Shown: positions 41,211-55,047 of the stretch, in pieces
Layout: each line of letters opens with the position of its first letter
Numbering within the stretch: the first letter of the stretch is position 1
Origin: Octopus vulgaris
Taxonomy: Eukaryota
Assembly: GCA_951406725.2 (NCBI GenBank)
Contig: OX597826.1
Location: 39,866,001-39,930,000, forward strand
Length of the DNA stretch: 64,000 nt
Reading direction: 5' to 3'
The notes under the pieces: model-generated
What the model was told of the DNA's origin: nothing
Seen by the model: the letters and a program-made list of their open reading frames with translations, nothing else
The model's database searches: none
Translations under genes and position numbers: made by a program

Positions 41211-41756
41211 TATTTATTTATCCATTTCAGTCACACGCACGCACGGACACACACATACACACAGATTATATTGTGTGCTTGAGTCTGTGTGTTCGCAGAT
41301 GTGTGTGTATGTGCGACTGAACTGGATACTCATCGCTCAATAGTAGGCCTTAAGATGAACTGCTTACAAACAAAATACGTGTGGCGCGACGAAAGAAAAT
41401 ACAAGTCGAATAGAGAAGGGAAAATGATGAAATTAGAGAACATGAGGGATAGAAGAAATTCACTCGATAAATTTTGTGCTCAAATCATAGTCTCACATGA
41501 CCCTCCTTGTCAGTCACTTTGATGGATTGTCTTACCCGCGTTCTTATATGCAAGTAAGAGTTAGATGTTGGATTATACGCAGAAAGAAGAACATTCATTG
41601 GTTATGAAACAATGGGCCATGAAAAGATCCATGCTAGGAGCATTATTACGAGAACATTTTGGAAATGAATTGATTGGAAAGCGATCTAGAAATAAATGGG
41701 AGTGAATTTCGGTGTATAACAAGCGATAGTGTAGTCGATATAAATATAAATATAAT

Positions 41757-41790
<34 letters not shown>

Positions 41791-41797
41791 CATACAC

Positions 41798-41891
<94 letters not shown>

Positions 41892-42852
41892 CATAAAAAA
41901 GGTTGCAAAATACCACCTGTAATTGCTAGAAATGGATATTGGAATTGTTTAATTGATATAGCGAACAATTTCCGCTGCATTGCGGTCCATTTTGACTATA
42001 TCAGATAATATCACTTGATTAATTTTTTTCTTGTCTGTTTAATTTGAAAACTTCAAACAAACAGAAATAAACAGCAGAAGCAAAATCATACCATTAGCAT
42101 AAAATCAGTAGATCGAAATTTGCGCATCAATATGATTTGCTACATGAATTAAGTTAAATTAAATTCTATTGCAAAATTAGAATAAAAATTTAAATGACAA
42201 AAACCTTAATAACATTTGTAGCAAACTAATAATGAAAAGCCGAGGAGTTATATACACACCATACAATACTTTTATGATGTCGGCTTATTTTGTGGAGAGC
42301 AGTTTTAATACAACAGCAAAATAAATGCAAAATATAACACTATACAGATTAAAGAAAACACACAGAGTTGCGTTCAGTTATGTCGTGAAAGCATGCAGCA
42401 GAAATAATAATTTTGAAATAGCAAATAATTAAAATCATTCGTTTTATATTCAGAAGAGTGAAGACTGTTAGACATAACACATACAGTATTTATTAAATAC
42501 CGCAATAAAAGTACTATTCATATTTTCAATTTCTTTTGTAATCATATTTACTAAGAGAGAAGTTATATCATTTACATTACAATTTGATAATGAAAACAAG
42601 TATTAAGTAAAGCATTTTGCACAGAGAGAATATTAAATAAACGGCAGTAACTTTGTTAAATTTGTGATGTTCTTCATTTCATTGATTCTATATTATATTC
42701 ATAACGATTTCGTTGGGTTTGAGATTCTGTTAATTGCAAATTAACCATAGCCGTCAGGTGAAAGTGGGAAAATGGGTATCACTGCATGAATAAAAAAAGT
42801 GACTAGTTGGATACACACACATGCACAGACACACGCACACACACACACACAC

Positions 42853-42902
<50 letters not shown>

Positions 42903-43255
42903 ACACACACACACACATGATGGTTGTGCACTTGTGACCCAAAAAGACTGTTGCTGATCGTTAAGAATATTGGGAACTGGAACAAATTTATACTTTACAC
43001 TCATGGCTCTGCTGCCAACTAATGAGCTCAATCTTTGATAAACATACACACCACAGATTTTGCAAAGAAAGCTTCCCACTCATTCATTATACGGTGCAGT
43101 TTCTAGGAGGTATCTCAAAACCTGTCACTGCTGACCTGTTTATTTCGTAGCCCGATGAGTTGAGAATTGCGCAAGATATTACATATTATGGATGTTGAAT
43201 ATACTGTATACTATGATTACGTCACATTAAGACCACACACACACACACACACACG

Positions 43256-43379
<124 letters not shown>

Positions 43380-43966
43380 CATACAGAGAGTATGGTAATA
43401 ATGCTTAATCGCTCAATTGATTGATCAGCTTACCGACCAACTTACGGAAGATTAAAGTTTTGAACAATTCTCGCCTGAGCCTTTAAAGTAGATATCGAAC
43501 TTTTTACAAGATAAACTAACGTGGAATGAGGTAGTTGATAGTTGACATTATAGATTTTATCGCATTTATTGTCCCTATGTAATCTTCATCATCCTGGGTG
43601 GTATAGATGTTGCAAGATTTTGCCTGTAAAAAATTGTAATGTAAGATGTAAAAATTATGCTCAGAAATAACGTCTGCTTGATGTCTCTATATCCATATTA
43701 ATTTGTCAGCAAACCATGGCATGTAGTGGATACAGCTTATTGAATAATCTGGGTGGTAAGTAAGACAATAATATAATCCTTCATTATTTATTTGCTTATT
43801 ATTATACTCTGTGGTTAATATATCATCTACTAACTAATGAAGAACTTCGAATATAAAACTTGCATCAGGCACATGGTATATATATATACATTCTCTTAGC
43901 TGAGATATTATTACTCGGAATGCTTACCATGGTGCTTGTTTGGATATATTTTACCCTTATTTTCTT

Positions 43967-44021
<55 letters not shown>

Positions 44022-44098
44022 ATAAAAATGGTAAGACAATTATGTAAATAGAGGAATTTATCTGTAAATGTAATATGTGACAATTATTCGGCAGTCAT

Positions 44099-44159
44099 GA
44101 TAAAAGTCCGAGTTTCGGATGCCAAGGTGGAAATCCACACTGCCATCTCTTCAGTTATC
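44099..44159 (-). ncRNA. Type I hammerhead fold with long stem II, slightly decayed
   Basis: Minus strand GATAA-CTGAAGA-gatggcagtgtggatttccaccttggcatcc-GAAA-ctcggac-TT^-TTATC; perfect 5-bp stem I, one mismatch at the base of stem III. Confidence 0.6.
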
Positions 44160-44289
44160 CGGCCATCAGAAAAATGCTATGAAAATGACCGTTATACAAA
44201 GGGAAATTACTGTGTAATTCACACAGTAGTTTTCCACTATTCGAAGCATCACTCTTGCGAAATGATACCTTTTAACACCTCCGTTGATT

Positions 44290-44485
44290 TTTTTTCTCCA
44301 TGAAAAAATTTTGAACGAAGAATTGCGAATGAAAAGACCTGCAGTAAAATTTGTGCCTCGCTTACTCACGGAAGCACAAAAGCAGTCACCACTGAGTGCG
44401 TGTCGTGAACTGAAAGAAAAGTTGATTCAGGCCTTTTTTCGAAGGTCATCACTGATGACGAAAGCTAGTGTTATGGAATTTGCCG
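44290..44485 (+). mobile_element. Mariner transposase fragment
   Basis: ILNEELRMKRPAVKFVPRLLTEAQKQ (WVPREL-type linker), then frameshifted KVITDDES*CYG. Confidence 0.7.
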
Positions 44486-46669
44486 TAGGCAGCTGAGTGA
44501 TGATTGACCAAGTACTTTATATTGACAATGAAACACGAATGTCGGAATGTTTATACGAATACATATGCATGCCAACAATACAAACATCCACATAAAAACA
44601 TGTCTAGGTCCTGACATATATATACAAACAACATTAAAAAAAAATGTTGGATGCATAATAATAGAATTCGGATAAAAGGCATGCAAAATTGAACACCCTA
44701 TATATGTGTGTGTTTGTGTGTATGTGTGTGTGTATGTGTGTGTGTGTGTGCGTGTGTGTGTATGTGTGTGTGTGTATTGTTATAAATGATAAATTTCAGC
44801 ATGTGTGATTACGTCTGGATGCATATGTATATCCGTGCCTGTCTCTATATATCTATTTATCTCTGCTATTAAGTATATGATATTTCTCTATTATATATTC
44901 TCTTGCTACGTTAACGATATATCTTTTGAGTACTTCCATTCACTCAGTATCAGTAACTATACTTATCTGTCTGCACGCCTCACATCTGGCAAATTAATTT
45001 ATGTGAGCTTCCATCTCTTTAACTTCTTCGGAGATTTCTAAACGTACGAAATACCACCGGCGAACAACTCCCGAAACTCTTGTTTTCTTAATTGTAGAAC
45101 GACGAATTGAATGTCCAATGAATTCATCTTCTGTATATGCCACACAAAAAAGTTATACATGCGTGACATAGAAGAAGAAATACTCACTCGCAACACTTTT
45201 CAATATTAGATAAAGAATTCCGATGCTTTGAATGGAGCCTGGGGAGTTGATATTCTTGTATATGTCAGTTATATTAAATTTGAAGAATATTAGATTACGA
45301 AATGTATTTCTAAATCTATTTGTTATAAATTCAGTAATCTCTGTTAGGATCTATATAAAGACACATTTCTGCACTAAATTATATACCGTAAATTTAGGAA
45401 TATATAATAAGTATATTATGTAAAAAGAAAAATGCTGCCCAGTTAAACAGTAGGACTTGAGAATTGGATACCTTTAGCAGGGTTCGCTCTGTTGCTAGTA
45501 TTTAGATGAGGCAGTGATCGCCACCTCTTGAAGGATCATGTATTCGTTAATCTCCATAGACTGTGTTCCAGCCATTATTCCATTCATCGTATCTTACAAA
45601 CTCACAAACAGCACAGCTTTGTATTCTACGAAACACAAAAAAATTCAACCTGTGTCTATTGTATAATCCGAGTTTGTTCTTCAGGTACAGTATCAAATTG
45701 AACATGCACCGAGAGCACCGTTTTACATCTTGTTTTTTTTTCTCTCATCAGCAACAAGGATATACATTTTCTCAAGCTCGGACTCACTCCTCCTTCACCC
45801 CTCTACATAAATTCATTCTTGCTGCCTCTCAACTAATGACTTGAATAACCAGCAATACTTCGACCGTATTTCCTCCTGTATAGAGGACATATATCACACT
45901 GCACTCCTTTGTGAAGTCATTGCCTCCGGGTAAATTCAATGCTCACAACTTCACGTCTCCTATCATTGGTTTAGCAACTGATTCATGTCTGCTGTCCTCA
46001 CATCTTGATACCACTAAATTCGAAACTGAGCTCTGCAACTTATTTAATCACGTACATGCATATTTGCTTATTCATTGATTTTTCAACAAATCCTCAACTT
46101 TCACTCCTTCAAACTACAAAATGAACTGCTTCTGCACCTACTGAGTCACTCACATAGCACACTTTAGAAACAATAATATAAGTAACTAAGTCATGTCCCT
46201 GTACATCTTAAACAACAAAACTAAACCTACAATTCCCTGAAGTGGTTGCACTGTGGCAATTCACGCAAAAAAATTAGAGTCAAAACTGCATGATGTTTAC
46301 ACAGTACCAACAAACTTACAAGATCATTATTTAAATAGTGAAAGATGTTGCTGGTCTTCGGGCAGACCACATTCTCTGCTGCCTCCCAAATTGAATCTCA
46401 TCAGTTGGTGGTAGAGTAAAACAGCGCGACAGGTGTATGTCTACCATCAAAAAAATTCTGTAAGTAAAAGAGTGGGACTTTTCCTGGCGGCTTACGTTTG
46501 TTTGAGGAACCTATGAAACTAGAGTCCGCAGACAGTTATTAAACAATGTCGATCGCTCTCTCTCTCTCTCTGTCTCTCTCTCTCTCTTTCTCTCTCTCCA
46601 TATATATATATATATATATACATACATACACACGCGCACACACACACATACATACACACATATATATAT

Positions 46670-47276
46670 CGATCTTTTGTTCCCCTTCTTTCACATTTCA
46701 TTGCCTTCTCTTCATGCTCACTTTCCCTCTTCTTTTCACTTCACTCTGTCCCTGTCATTTTCCCCGCCCCTCCTTATTGCTTCTATCCCTCTGCGTCTAC
46801 TTGTCTCTTCTCTCTCTACATGACCGGTGTTCGGCCAAGCCTGATCTTTCTTTCTTGGCTCGGCCGTTATCAGTGCAACATGTATAGTCTTCTCTGTGCC
46901 TGTGAAACCTTGTATTCCTGCCGTAAGGCTTTACATCCACACACGCCAGCTTAATATAATTCGTCCTTAGTCGAAAGACACCTGTTTTTATGTCCTGTTA
47001 TTTGTATTTGTGTAACTTACTCCGTTTTTCCCATCCTAGTTTTCATATACATTCGCTGCTTTCTTCCAAGGAATCTAAAGCTCTTAGCATAGTTTTTCCT
47101 TGGAGTTGGCCAGATTAGAGCAATCTAGAGTATAACCAGCCGAAATTGCAAAGATAACCTGGAACTCGACTGAGGAAAGAAAACTCCGAACGAGCCGCCC
47201 TTGTTTTCTTTGTATCGTCTATCTTTCTTGTATCACCTAAAGTCTGGATGTTTTGCGTTCTTGTGCTATTTTGTGT

Positions 47277-47280
<4 letters not shown>
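46670..47280 (-). mobile_element. Unclassified non-coding interspersed repeat, copy B
   Basis: Reverse complement of about 39450-40100; bounded by microsatellites. Confidence 0.75.
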
Positions 47281-47344
<64 letters not shown>

Positions 47345-47822
47345 ACCTGATTCAGCTATCCCCTAAGTTAAAATATCAATTTCCAATATAGTAAAATACT
47401 TGAGTCAAATGCATAAGCATTTTCCTTGCTCAAGATGAGACCACAAATTCTTTAAGTTACATGCTGTAAAAGGCATCATAGTTGCACTGAAAATGTTTCG
47501 AATATTAATTATTAAAAGAACAAATTAAACAACACAAGCATCATTGTGAAGGGTTTAGAGAATCAATATCAGGCAAATCAGTTCTTGTCTCCTCAAAATT
47601 TTAAAACACATTTTTCGCAGTACATATTCTTTTCGAATACTGAAAATACAGAAAAGAAATTAGAACATTGGCTTTATATTTGTAAAGCAAGGGAAAAGTA
47701 TAGAAAAAGTATTGATTTATTAACCCGTCATTAAAACGATATCAATGAAATCTTAATTAAATTATAGAAAATAGGTTAGCATTGCTGGGAATAACTAAAA
47801 TAAGTTATTTTTTCTCTCTCAG

Positions 47823-47891
47823 AAAATATATGAAATGGTCTCAATGTGCCGAAAGGAAGATTGACATCGTTTGAAATTTTTCCAATTACAG
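47823..47891 (+). other. Candidate 69-nt exon, probably non-coding or UTR
   Basis: taactaa branch-like motif, tttttctctctcag acceptor, CAG|gtaagt donor; all three frames contain a TGA. Confidence 0.3.
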
Positions 47892-48649
47892 GTAAGTTAA
47901 ATGCCTATATATGCATATATCGATCATTTAGGAAAACACATGTAATATAGAAATATCTCTTGTAAGATATTTATATAAGCATCTTACAAGAGATATTTCT
48001 TATAAACACTTTTCAAAGTCATCTCGTAAACCTAACACCTGCCATAGAGCACCTAACGCAACTTATAATATAGTTCAAACCATCGAATACTCTTTCAAAA
48101 TTAATTTCATTTTCAAATACAATAAGTCGTTTATTACAAGCGTATTAAGCGTGAAGTTTAAGATGCCAGCCAGTATTATAAAAGACAAAGTTTTAAAAAA
48201 TATCTGCTCGTTGCATGTCGTTCTGAGGAATTAATCACCTAAACTTGAATTTTCTCTTGATTTCATTAGCGTGCATAAAAAGAAAGCAGTTTATTAGTCA
48301 CACCTGGTTTGTCTTCGCATGCTAGAGTGTTTTCTGGTGCCTTTGTATTGTAATCACTGAATTTCTTATGAGTATTTTTGTTCTAAATGTTGAATGCTCT
48401 TGAGTGAAACAATATCAAAAGAAAACAAAGATTACAAAAAGAGTAGAAGGAGAGAAATGTTGCGGAATCATAACGACGTGCACTGTTAACTTTACAAACT
48501 ATTATAAACCAATCTGATTAAAAAGTTAGTATAGAAAATTAAAGTGAGCGTGTTCCACTAAATCGAACACGCAATATGGAAATTACGTAGAATATATTAC
48601 TTCCGTATTTCAGCGTTATTCACCACACTCTCATTCCATTATCCAGGAA

Positions 48650-49300
48650 AAAAACGTTAAATTTTATTGCAATAGGTAACGCCCATGTATAAAGCAGAAA
48701 CTTGTTTATCATTCTGATACTCAAAGAGTAAAGAAAGACATATCTCCCCTTGTTCTGAGTCTCATTTGGAAATCTTAAAAAATCACTTACGTTGCAAAGG
48801 TTTTGTTTCGTGAATATTTCATTAAACATTTTCGCACGGCCTTCAAATATTACTGTGAGAAAAATAATTTGCATCACGAGGCATTTATGATTGTGGACAA
48901 TGTCCATGAGCACTCTTCAGAACACGAAATCATGCGAGACTTGGTGATTATTGAAGCTGTTTACAATTCAGATTTGAAATGAATAAAGTTTCCCTCCAAA
49001 ATTGCTTACTGACAGTTTGCAGCAAATTGGAATTCCATGATACCGTTTCAAGTCGGTTTACAATCTTCCACCCGTAATTTCATTATACAGGCCTAGACCT
49101 TCGAAATAGTTTCATTTCAATGGTATGTTAACACTTTATGTTGGTCGATTACACAAGTAAAGATGAATGTCAGCCCATCAAAGAATTCTGGAATATTACA
49201 GTATTATGCAAGTGATAAAAGATGGTGTTGACACCTGGGGAGAAATAAACGACTGTTGAGACACTAAGGTTTGGAAAAATTATATCCAAATAATGAGATG
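48650..49300 (+). mobile_element. Decayed Tigger/pogo DDE transposase
   Basis: LFREYFIKHFRTAFKYYCEKNNLHHEAFMIVDNVHEH resembles the Tigger F.DWF...F.P.V..YC.E.....KILL.LDNAPGH block; boundaries approximate. Confidence 0.5.
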
Positions 49301-49769
49301 AAACGTATTTAAGTTTACTTTGTAAGAATGGTGCATGCTTACAAGTTAATATATGGAGATGTTCGGGACTAATTCAGTGGTAATAACGATAGCCTCCCAT
49401 GTAGGAGAGTATAGGACCATATCAGTTTGTTCACATTATAAGGATAGAACTCTCCTATCACTGGTTTAGTAACTGATATCATATCTAAGAGCCATCATGA
49501 AATAAATTGTGATGTTCAAGAAACGATGTATAATTTTAACTAAGAATGAAAATTGAAAGATGTGGAATCGTATCGTTAAATTAAAATAGGAAAGTGTTGG
49601 AAATCTGTTAAAAGACAGCAAACAACTCTCCCTCGCTTCTTGTGTCTCTTTCTCTTTCTTTATATATATATATATATATAACGGAAAGCTTTATGAAAAT
49701 AGACAAAAGACGAAGGCAGGTGGAAAACAAACGAACATATATATATATATATGTGTGTGTGTGTATCCA

Positions 49770-52700
49770 CCACAAAAAAAGCCCAATGCCGATAGTATCG
49801 CGGACGCCGAAGGCAGTTCTGGAAAGCTGGCAGCCTCTAGTCCGTGACCACATATTCGCCACGAATGTTAGAACGTCGCTCTACACTGAATAGCCGTGAC
49901 ATTAGAGTTCGGCAGTTGGACTCGAGACTAGGCTGGCCTTTTTAGGATTACCGCAGCCCACCCCTTAATGGGGATCCCCTAGAAAATGTGGAGTGAACAT
50001 CGAACACAGCGACTCGATCTGGCCAGCATACCGCAGCTGGCAGACCTCTCACTCAGTGGTCGGAATTCATCCATCATTGACTACTAAATCCACATTCTTC
50101 AGCACAAGAGTGACATTTATCGTCCGGAACGACATACAGCCCTCGTCTGCAAGGAACTTGCCCGCTTCAACATCGATGTGGCAGCCTTGAGTGAGACTGG
50201 GCTTCCAGGAGAAGGCAGTATTGGAGAAGCTGGCTCAAATACACCATTTTGGAAGGAGAAGAATTCTAACGAACCACGCATCTATGGAGTTGGCCTTGTC
50301 ATCAAAATGAAACTTTTGGATCAACACAGACTTGTCCCAACTGCTGTCAGCGAGCGCCTGATGACACTGAATCGGCAGTGACCATTGTCTGTGGAACAGC
50401 ATTCTTGGTCACCACGGCATTGGGAAATGCGATGCTAATGGCCAGCTCTTCCTGGGCCTTTGCACCGAGCACGAACTCGTCATCACTAACTCCTTACTTT
50501 GTCTCCCAACCAGACAAAAGACGACCTAGAAACACCTACAGTCTAAAAACTGGCACATACTTTCGACTACGTTCTGCCAAAATCCAAGGACAGACGAGAT
50601 GTACGAATCACCCGCTCCTTGCCTGGTGTTGGTCAGATCCCCTCTTTCTTATTTCTCACCTTCATATCAAAATCCGCCTTCCACCAAAGTGGGTCTCAGC
50701 AAGCATACCTTGCCGGGACATCGACGGCGCCAAACTCCGGAACTCACAGGCCTCCCAAGACTTCAGGGAATCCATTGATAGACACCTGATGGACCCCCAG
50801 AGCCGACCTCCATTGAGGATCGTTGGACCAGCCTTCATGATGACATGGCTGCTGCCACTGAGGAATTTCATCTTTCTCGTCAAACCAATACTGGTTTGAC
50901 GAGAATGATGAAATCATCTCCCGTCTCATCGAAGCCAAACTCCGGACGTGCTTCACCTTTGAGACTGCGGAGAACAAACGAAAACACCAGGAAGCATCAG
51001 CAGAATGCCAGTGAAGAATTAGAGAAGCTCAGAACATTTGGTGGCAGAGAAACCAATATAACTATCGGGGCATATTACTCCTGAATATTGTAAACAAGAT
51101 CATCGCCCGTATCCTAGAGAATCGCCTCCTCATCCTCGGGGAAGACGTCCTCCCCGAGTCACACTGTTGCTTTCGATCTTTTGTGCCCGCCAACTTCTGG
51201 AGAATGTCAAGAACACATCCTGCAATGCTCATCTCCTGGGATCTAAAGAAAGTCTTTGACAAGGTCCACCGTCCTTCTACCAATATACAATATAAGTGCA
51301 AATTATATAAGTGCAAAATTATGCGGACGAACGAGACTTGCGTCGCTTTTATGCCGCAACCAAGGAGATCTTCGACCCACAACGTCATCAGTGAGTGACC
51401 TGAAGAACGCAGTTGGCTCCACAATAACCGACACTAAGGGAACCCTCGATCGCTGGAAGTCCCATTTAGAGAGCCTACTTAACGACCACTCACGCACTTC
51501 AGACGAACTCCTCCAAAACACCCCACAGCTTCCCATCCGCTATTGGATATGCCTGCCGCTCTTGTCGCATGAGTTCAACAAAGCATTTGGGCAGATGAAG
51601 TCGGGCAAAGCTCCAGGACCAGACAACATCCCGTTTCAGTTTCTCACGCACGGATCTCCTGAGCTGAGAAATCATCTGACGCTCCTTATCCTCAAGATCT
51701 GGGAAAGCAAGACTTTCCCGAAAGACTTCCGCGATGCAACTATCATCACCATATACAAGAAGAGAGACCGAGAGGACTACAGCAACTATCGGGGCATCTT
51801 ACTCCTGAATATTGTAAAGCAAGATCATCGCCCGTATCCTACAGAATCGCCTCCTCATCCTGGCGGAAGATGTCCTCCCTGAGACCCACTGTGGCTTTCG
51901 ATCTTTTGTGCCCGCCAACTTCAGAAGTGTCAAGAACAACAGCCTGCAATACTCATCTCCTGGGATCTAAAGAAAGTCTTTGACAAGGTCCACCGTCCTG
52001 TAATGTGGGTCATCCTTGCGCGGTTTGGATGTCCGGAAGAATTCATTGCCCAGGTTCGCTCCCTCTACGAGGTATGGTGGGTAGGGTATGCCATCAAAAA
52101 GCCGTCTCAGACCCGTTACCCGTCACTGGGGGTCTTAAGCAAGGATGTGTCCTGGTACCAACCTTTTTCTCTTTGTATATGGCCGCCATGTTCAACGAAA
52201 TCCCACTGGACTCACCTGCCATCAACATGCGCTATCGCTTCGATGGCAGATTTTTCAATCTCGCACGTCTCCGCGCAAAGACGAGGACCTCTATCATCTC
52301 AGTCCGTGAGATGCAGTATGCCGGTGACAATGTCACCCATAGTCGGACCATAGATGGCCTACAGACGACGTTCGATCTTTACAACGCGGCTTATGAACGA
52401 TTCGGGATGCAGGTAAATATAAGACCAAGACTGTGATGCAACCTACACCGGGCCAGAACAGTCCACCTACGAATACTAGCTTCAACGGCCAACCGCTTGA
52501 AGAAGTTTAACACTTTTAATATCTTGGAAGTACTCTTTCGAAGAACCCTGCGTGTGAAAAGGACTTGGAGAACCGGAGCAGGGCGACCCTCACCGCCTTC
52601 GGTAGACTCAACCATTGTGTATTCTTCAAACACGCACTGACCATCCGGACAAAGATCATGGTCTTCCGTGCTATTGTCCTGTCAACTCGTCTCTACACTT

Positions 52701-53310
52701 GTGAGACTGGCCCGTTGTACCGCCGTGAATTCAAGCGCTTGAATGCTTCCAGCAATCCAAGCTACGACAGATCCTCAATATTCGATGGGAAGATAATATT
52801 ACCAACAATGAGGTTCCTCGCCGCACCTCACTACCAAGCGTCGATGCCACCATTCTACGCCATCGCGCCCGCTGGGCAGGTTACGTCCAGCGTATGGTGC
52901 CCTCTCGTCTCTTGAGGATCTTGCTCTACGGAGAACTTGCAATCGAAACAAGACCCAGCGTAGGCCCGAAATTACGTTTTAAAGACCAACTCAAACGGAC
53001 CCTGCCTCAATCAAACATACAGCCATACTCATGAAAACAGATTGCCATGTAAAGGATAGTCTGGAGGACCGCTATCCGCAATGGTTCCAGTTCCTTCGAG
53101 TAGAACAGACAAGAGTATGAGGAGGTAAAACGCAGAAGAAGGAGCGTCTTCAATATCCTCGACCCGCACCGACCATTCTATGCGAATTTTGCCCACGACT
53201 CTTTCACCACCGACTTGGACTCTAAACTCACATTCGGCACAAACACCTGCTGAGGAGACTGGATGGTGACTGACGAACCCAATGCTTGGATACGAGCTGG
53301 GACCGACGGA
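49770..53310 (+). mobile_element. Near full-length decayed RTE/BovB-like LINE
   Basis: APE (ELARFNIDVAALSETGLPGEG, YGVG, SERLMTL), RT (KAPGPDNIP, NYRGILLL, DLKKVFDKV, GLKQGCVLVPTFF, EMQYAGD) and C-terminus (ILLYGEL...GPKLRFKDQLK); many frameshifts and deletions. Confidence 0.9.
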
Positions 53311-53424
53311 TATATCCTTATATATATATATATATATATATATCCTTACATACATACATACCTACATACATATATGCATACATACATGTATACATACAAA
53401 CACACACACTTACATATATAAATA

Positions 53425-54390
53425 CTAGCGAAGGCACCCGCTTAAGCTTTGGAAGAAAAAAACAAAATAAGTTGTATAGAAATTTTTATTCTAAATTCAA
53501 TTAATTTTTCAATTGGGTTACAATTTATTCTTCCACTGGGAAATCATTTCTGAATTCATAATACAAAAACAAAACAAAATAAATTAAAAATAATAAAAGA
53601 AAGCGACTATACAAAATTTACCACTTTTCTGAAGGCAGAAAAATTCTATCACATGTTGAATGCAATTGCTAAAGAGCTTCTGAGTAAACAACATTCTTTG
53701 TGTTCTAGTTTGGATCATAGACAAATAAGTCTTGCTAACTACCAACTCTGGAGCAATTAACATGACGCTGGCCATGAGAAAAGCAAGCTCAATTATGTGC
53801 AAGCCAGTATATTTCAAAAGTTGAACTTGAGCTTTATAAATAGACATTGCGAACAAAGTCGCACTGGAAATTGTGTTCGTTTGAACACAAATGGCTTGTC
53901 TGTTGGTTTGATTGAAAATCTTGGAATGAAAATCTCTTCTCCAGAGGTACATACAGTGATGATGGTAGCTTCTATCACATTAGGTGATAATGCCTTCGCA
54001 ATCAACATTGCATAATTGTGGAGGATCTAAATTTCTTAGAAGCATTATTAGGACTTCTACCTTCAGAAAAAGTTTGTGAAGGAGTTCCAGATGACTCAAC
54101 AGAATTAAGGAATTCTGTTGTGTAATAGACAGCTTGATTTTCATCACGGGCTCTGTCAATTGATTTGTACTCCTCAATGACCGCTGGAATTTTATCCATT
54201 GATTCATAGTTAATCCTTGCTACTGTCTCATTTTTTTAGCAAGAATTGCCCTTTCAAACAACCATTTATGTGAAATATAGTCTGAAAATACCCTGTTCTT
54301 CAATTCAGCTGGGGAATTGATAGCAAAATGAGCCAAATTGATATCACAATTCCCATCAAATGGTACTTGCCTATTTCCTAATTGGAGGAA
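53425..54390 (-). mobile_element. Helitron 3' portion: PIF1-type helicase relic and CTAG end
   Basis: WLFERAILA, YKSID...TEFLNSVESSG, MLLRNLDPPQLCN, IFIPR...FKRTQFPVRL, FAMSIYKAQ; terminates ...gcgggtgccttcgCTAG|T at 53425. Confidence 0.85.
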
Positions 54391-55047
54391 GTATTTTATT
54401 CCTATTTCTATGTAGGTGTATCGGCATACTTAGACATTATATGATATTATATTGTATCTAATATGATTTGCATCTCAGAATTCTTTAAAATTACCACCGC
54501 GAAACTCTGATTTACTTGTGACTACAGAAAATGTTTATAATCTTCTATATTGAATACATTTCCCTCTTTGTAGGCATACCTATACACACACATACACACG
54601 CATCATACTCATATACACACACATCATAAATCACACACACATACATAAACACGCATTTACATATTATCTGGGTATTCACATACATAATTGTGCGTGTGAG
54701 CAGAGATCGAGGATAGCAATGAAAGTCATACAACAACGCAGAATACATTAAACATTTCATCACCATACATATAAAGAATACAAAGAAGAATAATGTAAAT
54801 GCAGATATACGTCTTATTCTTACTATATTTCACACGACTGCGAAAATTATTAATGCTTTCTGGTAGTGTTCAGAGATGACGCTTATGATCTTGTTTTGTT
54901 TTTTCTGTATTTTTGATTTATAAAAATGCTAGTCATATCATAGAAGTACCTTATCAAGATATACAACCTTCCCAATTTCCAAGGATCATTAAAAGATGAT
55001 TTATGATTATTCAATCGTAATTTAAGAGGGGTCTGCGTGCAACCTAT

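Noticed and set aside
45480-46450. LINE endonuclease relic (GKFNAH near 45930); similar faint LINE traces at 200-830 and 13600-14050
   Set aside because: Only single short degenerate motifs; not enough to delimit or classify.
49780-49950. HDV-like ribozyme in the RTE 5' UTR
   Set aside because: Such ribozymes are known in RTE elements, but I could not assign the nested double pseudoknot by eye in this decayed copy.
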